Positions 12,301 through 24,578 of a DNA stretch of 43,451 nucleotides are shown piece by piece. This DNA comes from Craspedostauros australis (lineage: Eukaryota): NCBI GenBank assembly GCA_030167865.1, contig JALAGF010005216.1, forward strand, positions 1-43,451. The letters run 5' to 3'. The position numbers and the translations under genes are program-made. How positions within the stretch are numbered: the stretch's first letter is position 1; each line of letters begins with the position of its first letter. The notes under the pieces were generated by a model, which saw only the letters and a program-made list of their open reading frames with translations, was not told the DNA's origin and did no database searches.

Positions 12301-13295
12301 AGAAAGCAACAAACACGCATCATTGCTCACAAGAGAGTCAGGGAATGTCAAGGAACGGCACGCGAGTGTGTTCGTACTTGTACTCGTGCTCGTGCTCGTA
12401 GAAGTGAAAGTGAAAGTGAAACCGGTGACGACGGTTGAAGCAGAAACAGAAGCAAAGGTACGAGCAAAGCCCGACTTTTGCAGAGTTGGACAAGAACGAG
12501 ATTGGGTCGCAGACTTGCAGACATGCACATTGATTGCTTGATTGCTTGATTGACTGATTGGCTGATAGAACCGGCTCTCTCAGCCAACTGGCTTCCTTGG
12601 CTGCGACGCTGACGAGATGTACGTCAGGAATAAGATCAGTCAGCGCGGCGTGGTTGGAACCGTGTTGGTGGTGGAAGGCGGAAATCATGTCACTGAGGTT
12701 GCAGTTCTGCTGTCGCATTCCGGTCACCGATGATGCTCGAGAACACGTCGGCAACCAGAAACGACATTCGGTCGCAAGGGATGAATGGGGGGGGGGGGGC
12801 AATGAAACCAACCATTCGGAGCAGCTCGTACTCTCTGTAAGGTCGCAATCATTCGTGCTGCTTCTGCTTCTCACATCTCATCACGACTGCCGTCTGCGTT
12901 TGCGCTGCCAAAATCGACACCTTGATCACAGACGTCGCCATCACCGATACCGTGAGGTCATTGTAGAGCAACTGCTGCCACCAACGCCGGCTGGCGGCGC
13001 GACGATCCGCATTCGTCCCTGGTCTCTGAAGAATACGAGCAGGGGTTTGCAGTGGCCGGTTTTGTCGGCAATCTTTGAGCATCCCAAACGCCAGCGAGGC
13101 AGGTGCAGACCAGAGCCAAATTCAGTACAATCTGAGCCCAGAAAGCGCGTCGTCGGGAGCCCGAAGAGGCAGCCAAACTGCCAAGCAACCAAGCAAGTAC
13201 GAACCTCGGCAGAGCCTGCAATCCCCTCCAACGGGCATTCACAAAGAGGGCAGATCAAGTTTTGGAAACAATCGCCCAGACCGCATCCATCAGCC

Positions 13296-15359
13296 ATGGC
13301 GGTGACAAATGACCATGAGACGATGAAGACAGCTGCTGGTGCTGATCAAGGAGATGGGAAGGATTCTCCAGTTTCCCTCCAAAGGTCCGGATGTCCTTTG
13401 CATTGCCATCATCTGCCATCCGAGCATGCCAGGCACAACCGTGAGGCGTCGTGGCCAATCCCGGTTGATCAAGATATCATCGAGATGAATGAACGTGGAA
13501 TCCATCACTTGGCCAATGATCAGCTTCCGTCTGCGATGGATCAATTCCAGCATGCCTTCCGATCGATACGGTGGCTTTGCTCTGTTGATGCACAACAAGC
13601 ATCGAACTTTCCTCTGCGTGACTCTTCTGGCGCCACCGCGGCTAGCAACAGCGACATCAACCGAAGCATCGATTCATCGCCCGATCGTTCTTCTATGCAT
13701 AATACACAGCGTGACCACGTGCATTGGCCCATCCATGAGCCAACGCATGACGTGCAACCAACATCCAAAAGGGCAAGGCTAGGTGGAAGAACGGAGCTTG
13801 CCGATTGTTTCTTGACTTGCCGCGAGGATCGCTCATTTATCTATCGCCGAGGCGTTTCTGCCGCTTCGCTTGCAGAGCGAAGCAACAGAGCCAAAATATC
13901 AAGCAAGAACTATCAACACTACAAGCAGGCGAGTGCTCGCCAAGCAGGCGGAGCTTCCGATGCACAGACAAAGAGACTCGGCGATCGCAAGAATCTAGAT
14001 GAACATCCCATCCAAGCACGACAAGGAGATGCATCGGCAGGCATCATACCATGTGATCAATCTCATCCCATGCAATATCCTCAACAGCATGTCGCTTCCA
14101 ATAAACCAGAGGCTTGCCATACTTGCCGCTCGCCGCATGGCCACGCCGAGATGGCCAGGCTTACTCTGACTTCTGCGGTCATTGTTTACAACATGGCACT
14201 TTGTTACCACCTGCAATCAATGAGGCATGACAGCGATCTCGCAGCTGCGTCCCGGACCAGTTCACCAGGCCGTTGCGCAGACAGTTCCGCAGGTCGCAAC
14301 CATCTCGGCGCCGGAGGTGCGGAGCCTGACCACAGCGACGAAAAGCATAGAGGTGCTGGTTCCGTTGCCAGCATGGACACCACAGCTGGCTATCTCCCCC
14401 AAGACCCTGCGAGACACGACAACTCAGAATCTAACATGTATCGCATGCGACAACAGTGCCTCGTCAGAGCTCAATTGCTGTACAGCAAGGCAGCGAAGAT
14501 GCTTGACTCCGTCACAACGAGTAAGTGAATGAAATTGCGCGGCAAGACCTCTTGTGAAGATCTCCGCAACGATGAATACGATCGCTTTCCTGTTGCCTTG
14601 TTCGATGGTGGGGTGGGATGGAAAGAAGTAGAGAAACGGCGACGCCCATCGTGCGGACAGAGCACCAGTTGGTGTACTCGTAATTCGTCTCGAGCACTAC
14701 AACCTTTCTCACATCGCATCACAACACAACACCATCTGCATCATCACTTCATTTCTATGCTGCTGCTTACTCCACGGTCATCCTCGTCGTCGTCCTCATC
14801 GTCGTTGTGAAAACGATATTCCCCAACTTGAATCCGACCAAATCAAATCAATCCAGATCATGCGCACCAAGCTCACGTGGGTGGCACAGACCCAGATGCA
14901 ATTAGCGGCAATGCGTTGCATGCTTGTTCAGCATCGATGTCGCACACGATCGCACTCTTGCGGCTGGTTCTTTGGAACAACCTCACGCATTGCAGCGTTC
15001 GTATGCATAGCAGAGATGCAAGCCGAAACGTCCAGCAGCTTCTGTGGGTGTGCAAGACGACTCTGAACCACCCGAGTGCTACGACCGACAGCGAGGACCA
15101 GCATGCACAGACTTCGGCGGACAAGCGTGACCAACCTGCGTCATACGGCCATGTTGAAGCTAACCACGATCCTGATCTGCCACGAACGAGTGAGCATGCT
15201 GCCCGGGCGCTTGTCACAAGCGTGAGCTACGTCGAAACCTCGATGGGTGCATTTGGCAATGCACCCACGGGCTGGGTACTGAGATCTTGCGTTCGGGTCA
15301 TCTTGCATCATGCACTCTGGATGCAGCACCGATCTCAGTCGTCGGCGCCAGCGGCGTGA
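13296..15359 (+). CDS. Uncharacterised helical (TPR-like) protein, paralog A; exons 13296-14520 and 14857-15359
   Basis: Long ORF with a GTAAGT donor at 14521 and a CCAG acceptor ending 14856 that joins in frame to ORF 14877..15359. Shares motif blocks with the 18704..19792 gene. Confidence 0.7.
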
Positions 15360-18300
15360 GATGGGAAGGACGATGGCAAGTACGGGCAAGGAGGCAAGGA
15401 GGCATGCATGCATGCACTCACAGACGTATAATACATCTGACGCTTCATATTTCACTGCGACGCTAGAAAAGCAACGCCCAGCGACACAACAAAGTTTGGT
15501 GGCAGGCAACCATACACACTGCTGTGGGCTGATGGTCACGAAACGCGGCACAAATGACATGGTAGACTAGAATACACGACAATCATTACCCACTCTACCC
15601 TACTCTATCCCGGAGTATGATACTTCACTCGCACGCGGAATGAGTCGGACGCGGTTGTATCCGCATACTGATCGAAACCTGGCGGAATTGCGAAGCTTTG
15701 CACCTTCCCGCAGTGGGAGTATTTATGGCGCCGGCATTACGGGTGTATCTGAGCACGGTGTTCAAATTTATTGGATGGTGCTGTACTTGTGCCATCAGTA
15801 CTGATCTGGGATACAGCATTTATCACGAGCAGGATTGAATGGACCGTCGTTGCTTCTGAATACGATCGCCCGGAGCAGTTCACTTCCGATTGAGTTCAGG
15901 GCAAGGTATTATTGGCAACTCGTGCGTAGGCATGTAGGCATGTAGGCATTGTACCGTCCTCGTACGTACTCGTACACTTGCTTCATGTTTGCATCACACT
16001 CAGAAGCATGAAAAGCTTCATACCGAACTTGCTGCCTCTACGAGGAAGCAATCCGGACTACGAGCATGGCATCCCTCAACTTGCTTCTCTCGCGCTCTCG
16101 TTCTCGCTCTCTCGTTCTCGCTCTCTGCATCCCGTTCTTGGTTGAGGAAAGGCTCAGTTTTCTATTTCGGCAGCCTTTGTCGCTCTAGGCACAGCCCATC
16201 GGCGTGATACATGTGCTCTGGGAGTGCAAGGAACTAACAACGAGAGGAATCGTCCGTGGGCGCATGAAGGGGTACGTTGGTCTTGCATGTATGGTAAGGA
16301 GGGTTAGTTTGATAGTTGCTGGGGCGGTGTGCCGATAGGCGTCTTTTGGTGGCTGACAGAATACCAAGTTCCTTCTCCAGTTCAGTCTCTAGGGACCTTG
16401 TAGACAGACTTCGCCCATCGAGTCAGTCCAGTCCCTTCGAGAAGTTTCCTCGCCATTCGTGGGCGACAAACCAACCACGTCGGTTTCATTTTTTGAATCT
16501 TGACGGAGAAACCACTATTCGCATGTGTTCTTCGCCTTGCCGAATTTGGTCATAAACCCGAACTCCGTGTGACCCTCTGTTCTCTCTATCTCCAGCTTCC
16601 GAACAGGAGACCTTCATTTTTTCGACAAATGATGAAAACGACGATGGTAATGGAGGTGTTGTTGGTGATAGTCGTAGGAATGAAGGAAAATATCGGTGTT
16701 GATGGCGCGCAAGGTCGCGTCGGGTATCGTCACGATGGTGGCATCAACAATGATCTGCATCAGCAAGAGAGATCAACACTTCCTTCTGTTGCCGGAAGAG
16801 GGGCACGTCTGAGGCAGTACGCAGCGAATTTGATGGATGCGTATCATAGTTCGTCACATGCCAATCTCTGCCCAAGAATCATCATTCTGTTCACCAACTC
16901 GCGTTGTGTTACGTTGCATTGCGTTGCTCAACACCATGTGTACTCGCATGGATAGCACTAGCATGTATAGTATAGTACATGGCGCGAGTGCGATACTCGG
17001 AAGTAGAGCAGAGCGGTTCCCACACCACGAGTATGCCAATTCATAAATCAGGAAATCGACGATATTCCATGGTTGGATTGATTGTTGTTTCAACATCGCG
17101 ATGCCATGGGTAAGTATGGTATCATACCGTACCATACCATACCATACATATCCGCATTCACAAGGTGATGCACACACGCCTCTCGATGTGGAAACGATCC
17201 ACAGAGTCTTAACCTCTTGGCTCTTGGCGGGATGGGGCAGGCAAGGCATCTGGTGTTGGGTGCGACATGGAGCAATTCGGATCCACCACCAACGTGCATT
17301 GCGAAAGCAGGTGTCAACTTGGCAGCATGGACGATTTGTTCTGCCGCGAGGTTGTGTGGCGAGTGACGCCTGACAGGAACAGGTGATGTGGTTTGCATCC
17401 GTAGACACCAATACGCGCGAGTACGAGCAATGTACGTATGGTATTATGCATACCTGTGGCGCCAATACCCGTAGCCGTTAGGTATGTACTAGTACCACAC
17501 CATACTCGGATGCACGTATAACAGGTACAAACGCGTGCAAGTACGAGTAGATACGTTGGTTTGTCCACGGACCTCGATGAGTTTATGTGTAAAAATTGAC
17601 TATTTGGGACCATTCTGGCACCGGAAGGGACACTCATTTTTGTTGCGAAGGTTGCCTTCCCACTCGGCTCGTCCACCACGGCGAACGTCGGGAGCCGAAG
17701 GTGGATGTCTGGCAAATCGACCACTGAACAAACGATCCACGTTGAAAAGAGGGGCATGACTATCCTGTCGACTCCACTTACAAGCACTCCCGTTGGTTGA
17801 GCTCATACCTCACAATCCATGTACGTGTGGTGTATAGTACTTTGGAGTACTCGCAAACACAGCGCGCTTTGCCGAGAGGGACAGACAGTGCGACGAGTGA
17901 GGGTCCTGGTGTGTCGTGTCAAACACAAAGACGCCAATCGGAGAAATCGCGGTCGCACAAACAGTTCTCAGTGCAGAATGGTAGATACGCTGCACAAACA
18001 TCAACAAATGCGATCGGCGGCGCCTGTGTGGTCTGAGAACAAACGACGCCACAAGGGTCGCTGACACAGAAACACAGAAGCACAGCATCAAAAGAAACCC
18101 CACGACAAGCCATTGAAGCCACACTGAACACGTACGAGTGTTGCACCAACCATATTGTCACGAGTACCATTGCTCGTATCGTCGGTGGCAAACCGCATTC
18201 CACCTCAGCATTGCACCTCCGCGTGGTATGATAAGCGCGCTGGTTACCAGAGATCCAGCTCTTACAATCTCTCATCCGCTCATCATTTGACAGAGCCTCC

Positions 18301-18703
18301 CACGTGTACGGCGACGTTCGCACAACTTCAGCACCATCGCCAGCATCATTATCATCACAACCGTCCCATCATCTACGCAACAACACAAAAGCAAGGCACA
18401 ACACGGCACAACACGGCACAACACAACTTCTGTATCCATCCGAACTACAGTTACGTTCCGGCAGAGTATACTCCATCACAAATATTCTACTCTCCTCCAT
18501 TCGATTGCCGTCTTCGATACGACTAGAGAGTAGAGGACTCAAAGAACATCACGCTGTGCAGAGCGCGGCGATTCAGAGTATCTCCGATCGCCGACCTGGA
18601 GCATACCCCTGCATCAAATTCCCCTTATCGTACATTACATTATATAATACCTACGATACATACGCACGACTCCCGGAGAGTGCAGAGCCTTCCATTCTAC
18701 AAC

Positions 18704-19792
18704 ATGACCATCATGCGTTCACAGGAAGACGTCAACAAGAGCGCCTCCTTTCATCGTCAGTGCTGGATGACCATCCTCGAGAGCAACCAAGTAGGCGTTT
18801 CCCACCTCATCGACAGGCATCCATTGCAGGCGATGGAGGCGTTCAAGGTCGCATTCAATCAGATCCGAGACCTGAGCCAAACCGACCCATCGCACCTTCC
18901 AAGCATAAGGCCGCCGCTGTCGACGACGACAGCCGCACTTTCGTCCGTCCAGTCTTCATCAACGGATTCATCTTCGTCAGTATCAACATCGATACCGATA
19001 CCGATGTCGGAATCAACGGCACCCCTTCCCGCGTCGACATGGTCGCCTCCATTGTCGTCACAGGTACCACCGACGTCAGAATGTTTCCTTGAGGTTGGCG
19101 ATGGTGGCGATATCATTTTCTGCCATCCCCTCATGATCGATCCCATCATAGCGGCGTGCGAAAGATCGCGCTTGGAAGTGCATGAGGTGCTCATGATGGT
19201 CTCCGCGGCCATCATCTTCAACATGGCGCTATCCCTCCATATTGAGGCCATCATGGTGGCTACGAGCAAGATGCAGCTTCCGCAGCATGCCCTCCTCGAC
19301 AAGATCATGTCGTTGTACAGGCAGTGCCAGCGGCTGCTCTTCCGCAGCAAGGATACTTACAAGAAACTCCAGTCGCAGCGTCGAGATGGATACGGGTGCA
19401 AATACATCGTTTTGATGTACCTCGCCCTCCTCAACAACATGGCCCATCCGGCGTTGCATCTGCCATCAGCCAGTGCCAGGCATGTTCTTTGGAACGAGAT
19501 GTTCACAATCAGCGCAGACATGCTGATGTCGCAGCACGGTGCAGCGTCGGGCCGGTGCCGGACGTACGACTGGAACCTGGATGGCCACCTGCAATTGCTG
19601 CCAAATCCTCGTTACCATCGCCTCCAGAACCTAAGCGGCGCCCAGCTGCAGCAGCAACAACGACGACAAGAACAAGAACATCAATTCCAACCCACTGCCG
19701 CGCATGAGTACGCTCACCAATGCTGCAAGACGCTGCTTCTGCGCGCCGCATTGCTCCAAAATGAATCCAAGCACTCCGCATGCGCAGCATAG
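18704..19792 (+). CDS. Uncharacterised helical (TPR-like) protein, paralog B; single exon
   Basis: 362-codon ORF from the first ATG, with motifs NQVGVSHL...AMEAFKVAF, SAAIIFNMALSLH, LLNNMAH and C-terminal SACAA*. Confidence 0.75.
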   Translation: MTIMRSQEDVNKSASFHRQCWMTILESNQVGVSHLIDRHPLQAMEAFKVAFNQIRDLSQTDPSHLPSIRPPLSTTTAALSSVQSSSTDSSSSVSTSIPIPMSESTAPLPASTWSPPLSSQVPPTSECFLEVGDGGDIIFCHPLMIDPIIAACERSRLEVHEVLMMVSAAIIFNMALSLHIEAIMVATSKMQLPQHALLDKIMSLYRQCQRLLFRSKDTYKKLQSQRRDGYGCKYIVLMYLALLNNMAHPALHLPSASARHVLWNEMFTISADMLMSQHGAASGRCRTYDWNLDGHLQLLPNPRYHRLQNLSGAQLQQQQRRQEQEHQFQPTAAHEYAHQCCKTLLLRAALLQNESKHSACAA

Positions 19793-21457
19793 CTCATGGC
19801 ACTCGTCCGGTTCCTCGAATACCCTGCAAGATGCTATGGTGGAGGGGAAACCGAAAAGACGCCCTTCACATCGCCCGCATCCATGCTCCAACCGTTGAAG
19901 GCATAGTCGTACGTGTGCCGCTTTGAGATCAGGTCAACCCCACCAATCTGCAGGCTTCGGCAATTTTATTTTATTTGTGACTCGTGACCCTTGTCCAGCG
20001 TGCTCGGTGTGGCACATAACATAGTAGTACGATTACTCGTAATGTGACCATATTTATCTTCCACTCGCGATCTTCCCTCTGCTCTATCACCCTGGAAGAT
20101 GCATGTCATGGAGCGCACCCGTGGTCGTGGCATGCGGCTCTGGTGGCGTACAATAACAGTAGCATCCGTACACTCTTGGTGGATAGGTACCGTCCTGCTC
20201 TGTGCGAAAGCAAAGCTCAGACCCTTCGAAAACTCTCCTTCATGGTCATACTCGTGCTCGTAGATCCTCGCTACCAACAATACTCATGCACTCACAAACG
20301 AAGAATCGGCTCTCGGCTTCACCATATTCCACTTCATCTGCTCCACCACCATGCTCTGCTCCTGCTTTGCAACAAGCTGGTAGATGCTCACTCACCACAA
20401 CTACCCCTCTGAGAGAATCTCGCCATGTTCAACATCAATATAATTGCTGCAGAGTCCTGCCGCGAGAACCAAAACAGTGCGCTCTGTTGCATCTATTCGT
20501 CCTTTTGTGATCCTGGTCGTATTTGTTCGGAGTGTGCGTCGACACGAAAAGTGGGAACTGATTGTGTTCGTGATCCCGTGTTCTCCGCGCGCATCCTTCC
20601 ATGCCGTTGTGGATGACGTTAGCATTCCATCGAGGCTAGATAATGTGTAGACTTGAACAGGGCAAGATTGTCCGACAAAAAATAACGAGACAAACTGTCC
20701 GATTGCCCTCCTCCCATTCCTTTTCAGAAATAAAACCTTCATTACCGTATACCCCATCATGAACGAAGCTAGCTTGTGTTCTAGTGGAGGAAGTATGCCA
20801 GTACGAGCAGAGTGTGCATGGCAATCGTACCGCATAGTTCAGATGCTCCACGACTACTTGTGCAGTCAGACAATGTTGTTGTTGTTGTTGTTGTTGTCTT
20901 GCCAAAGTTTTGCGCAACATGGTGATGTCTACTTGAAAGGCTGCTTGCATACTACTAGTTGCAAACTTGATGGAGAGCGCATGAAGTGTTGCGATGGCGA
21001 CGATCTTCGTTGCCATACCGTGAGGAAAGCAGCTTGCACTGAGAACAGGAGAGAGTCATTCAATCTCGATGGTCGCGAGCCAAGGGACTGGCAGGCGAGC
21101 GATACGTCGCAGGTGCTGTGGTTGTCTGCTTTGCTGTCCTTCCAGCCACTCTCCAGCGCGTGCTATTCTTGGGGAAGACACCAATGTATGATGCCGTCTC
21201 AAGAGTTCAGATCTCGTAAAGACGCTGTCTGGATGCCCAACACATACTTGCGGAGACAATGGACCAATGACACAAGGAAGAATGGTCGTAGCAGTATTGA
21301 ACGTTCTACTGTACGAGTATGATACGCTATGCAAGACTTTCATCACACCAGGCCATGTGATGATCCATTGCCTTGGGGCATAGGGATGGTCGCAGCGACC
21401 TCCGCTTTAAATTTGAAGGGTGGTGAGAGAAATCGGGATGCGGACACAGAAATATTC

Positions 21458-24400
21458 TCACAGCTCCTGTTGGTGAGCATTCGCCTGTTCGGACGACGCC
21501 AGCAACGATGTCTTCATCGGTGTTTGCGATGCGATTCCAGTGGCATGGCGCTGACCGTTGGGATCGTACACCGACAGCCATGGCGAGGCGTGCTGCCGAG
21601 TGGTCTCGGCGTCACCGTACGAAGCTCCCACGCTCGAGAGCGCTGCGAATGCCGGAAACACGGTTTCTGCTGGGCCACGGTTGCTGGACTTCTTCGCATG
21701 CGCATCCAGGAATGTCGAAACCTGCTGGAATTTGTCCGTTCGCGATGCCACCGTCGTTCGCATGTCATCCAACAGCCCTGTTGAAGACGCGCTGATCACT
21801 GCCTGGTGGACTCCGCTTTCGAGGCCGATGTACACCTGCTGCGGAAGCTCGCTGGCGCCCGCAACCGTGTCTATCCTGACCTCATGTGTGCTCTCATCCG
21901 CGACAACCTGCAACGAATCCAACGGGATGTTGGGAAGCGAGAAATCGTAGCCATGACCGTACGAAGGGCATCCCGCGGGCGTGGGTGTTGCGCGGCAGTA
22001 CACCAGTGCCTGCCCCTTGTGCGGGAATCTGTACTCCATCATGGTGGAGCCATCGAAGTGCTCCAGAGTGTGCGACTTTCCGTCGACGTGCGGGATCAGT
22101 CGCTTCCGCATCTGCAGATTGATCTCTGCCTCCGAAGCGTACCATGCGGCGAGCGTCGAGGTGGATTTCATGGCGGCCGCGTACGACCACGGTGCGTAGA
22201 ACTCGCTGTGAGCCTCCTGGTACTCAGTGATCTTCGCGAATCCCAGATCCGTGAGAGCCTGCATGAAGACCCTTCTGTTGGCGTTCTCGGTGAGCTCCTC
22301 GGGAGGATCAAGCATCTCTGGCGACTCGCCGACCTGCGAGATGAGGATGCCGTCCTCCGTGAGGCCGTTGTAGAGGGATCCCAGGAAGGATCCGTCACCG
22401 TAGAGGGCGCCTGCGAATTCGACGACGTTCTGCGGATCGAGGGCATCCATGATGATGATGTCGAATGGATCCGTTTGGAACTTGTTGAGTGCAAGATCGG
22501 TGTGGGCGAAACGGTCCGAGAACCACGCGAAGGCGTCCATGGCGAGGACCGTGGCGCGCGGGTCGTCCATGCAGACCTTGGTGCTGCCCTCGAGCATGCT
22601 GCAATCATTCCAGTCCGACAGGTGCTCCTTGGAGACGTCGACGATCATGGGGTCGATATCGATCATGACGACTTCCTCGATGGTGTTGTGGCGCAAGACC
22701 TCTCGAAGGGTCGCGCATTCGCCTCCTCCAATGATGGCGACGCGCTTTGGGTTGGGGTGGGCAAACATGACCGGCTGCACGAGAGCCTCGTGGTATGCGG
22801 CGTTGCCATGGTATGTGGATTGCATGACTCCGTCGAGGAAGAGCATGCGCGTTGGCGTGAAAAGGCCGGGGTTTGCCCTGAGGTATTCAGGGTTGTACTT
22901 TTCGGCCAGGTGTATGTTGGTGAGCTGGTAGGAGTCCCACAGATCCAAGATGGTGATCTCTTGGAATGGCGATTTGATGGAAAAGATCTGATCATCGAAT
23001 CGGTTCAGCGTGTTGCGTATTGTGCAGGAGTATACAATTGTTCGCACGCACGCATGCATTGCGTGGCATGGTGGTGGTGGCAATGGAAGCGGTAGAAGAG
23101 AAGAAAGTGGACAACGCAGAGGTTAGGTACTGGACAACGAAATCGGCGTGATCATAGCAACGAACTCGATTGTGACGTCTGGCAGATGCAGATGCAGGGA
23201 CAGGGGGCATGTAAGGGGACGCTAGAGCATGTGGAGGCTGACCGCACAGTGTACTCAGCGCACTCACCTCTTCTCCCTGCGTGGAGAGCTCCGAGTACTC
23301 GTCCTCGATGTCGGCAAAGCCACCGCGAGGCGCTTCGATGGCACCGCGGCGCTTGACTGCCCATCTGGTCTGGGGAAGCAGAGAGCCAGCGGCGGTTGGA
23401 TCGGCGTGATTTTGGAGGATGAACTTCTCCAAAAGATTGGCACCTCGTCGCACACGGTTGGTTGCCGAGAGCTTGGTTGGCGGGGATGGCTGTCCGTAGG
23501 CTGCATCATCGCGGTCCACATCTCCGTCGTCCTGGTCATCCTCGAGGGCGGTCGCTGCAGTTGCGCTCTGCGTGTCAAGAGAGTGCTCATTTGCTCTCAT
23601 GAAGAAGTCGATGGAAATTTCATCAGAAGATGGCCAAACGGAAAGGATGAGGTGGCCTGCGCCATCCGCCAGGAGACCGACGCAGGTGAACATGTGATCC
23701 ATCTCATTGCACGTGCTGGCCATGACGTAAGATCTGTGCTTGTTCTGGTCCTCCTGATCTTCGTCGTGGTCTTCGTCGTCATCGTGCGGATCGTTGGTGT
23801 CTGCATCGCAGTTGTCGGTGAAGACATGATTGTCAACGAGGATGTCAGCCACCTGATCGAAGAGCTGCTCCAAGGCTTCCTCTGTCGTGAGGCCGTCCGC
23901 TTTGACGCCTGCCTCGAACATGAGATGCACAGCGTCGATGTCCTGGCCGAATGCCCTGCGTGAGTTGGCGACGTGCGACTTCGCGGTGATGCTCTGCACG
24001 TCGTTTGGCGTTTCCCATTCGATGTCCATGGGAGTGAGTGCATCCGCGTCGCTGCGAGTCTCGGCTACAGTGTGAGCGGTAGTTGACGAGGCTTGCGTCG
24101 GCAGCAGGTACGGCCCTGCCATGCGACCGACGCCAAAGGCAACCCCGCAGCACACCACCGCAAGGTTGGCCACGGCGCTCCACGAGGAGAGGGTGATGGT
24201 GTTCATGTTCGTGTTGGCGTTGGAGGAAGGGGCGGATGGGATGGGCTTCGACACGAAACACGGTGCCGAGGACGAAGATGTTGATGTGAGAGGCGGGGTG
24301 TTGATCGCCGTGCTGTTGCTGCTTCCGCTGTCGCTGTCGCAGCTGGAGGCGCTGTTGAGATCCTGCTCGATCTTGGAGCCTGCGCCAAAGCCGGCCACGG

Positions 24401-24578
24401 AGCGAAGGGTCTGCGAGTCCACGCGATCGATGACGATGGTCTGCCCGTCCTTGGGTTCTGCTATTGACGCAGCTGACGATTGTGATGCGCCGGATGCGGA
24501 CGTTGATTTCGACGCATCTTTGTCCGTTGTGTCCCTCTTCGTCGGCGACAGCGAGGTGAGTTGGCCTCCCTTTCCCAT
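21458..24578 (-). CDS. Membrane-anchored aminopropyltransferase (spermidine/spermine synthase family) fusion with AdoMetDC-like N-terminal and SET-like C-terminal regions; exons 24578-23268 and 22987-21458
   Basis: Core motifs LFLDGVMQS, YHEALVQP, PKRVAIIGGGECATLREVL, MIDIDP and FDIIIMDALDP. A GTGAGT...ATCAG intron (22988-23267) joins GEE to IFSIKSPFQEI in frame. Hydrophobic segment AVANLAVVCCGVAFGVG near the N-terminus. Confidence 0.88.

Noticed and set aside
12558..13295. 5' part of the 656-aa ORF
   Set aside because: It starts at a non-ATG codon, crosses a G13 run and has no similarity to the paralog; ATG 13296 fits better, although an upstream in-frame ATG exists.
15620..15900. Possible structured ncRNA (small GU-containing hairpin near 15775-15797)
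   Set aside because: Only one short stem, and no tRNA, snRNA or snoRNA box motifs recognised; a covariance-model search would be needed.
21806..23095. 429-aa plus-strand ORF
   Set aside because: Antisense shadow of the GC3-rich aminopropyltransferase exon; no recognisable motifs.
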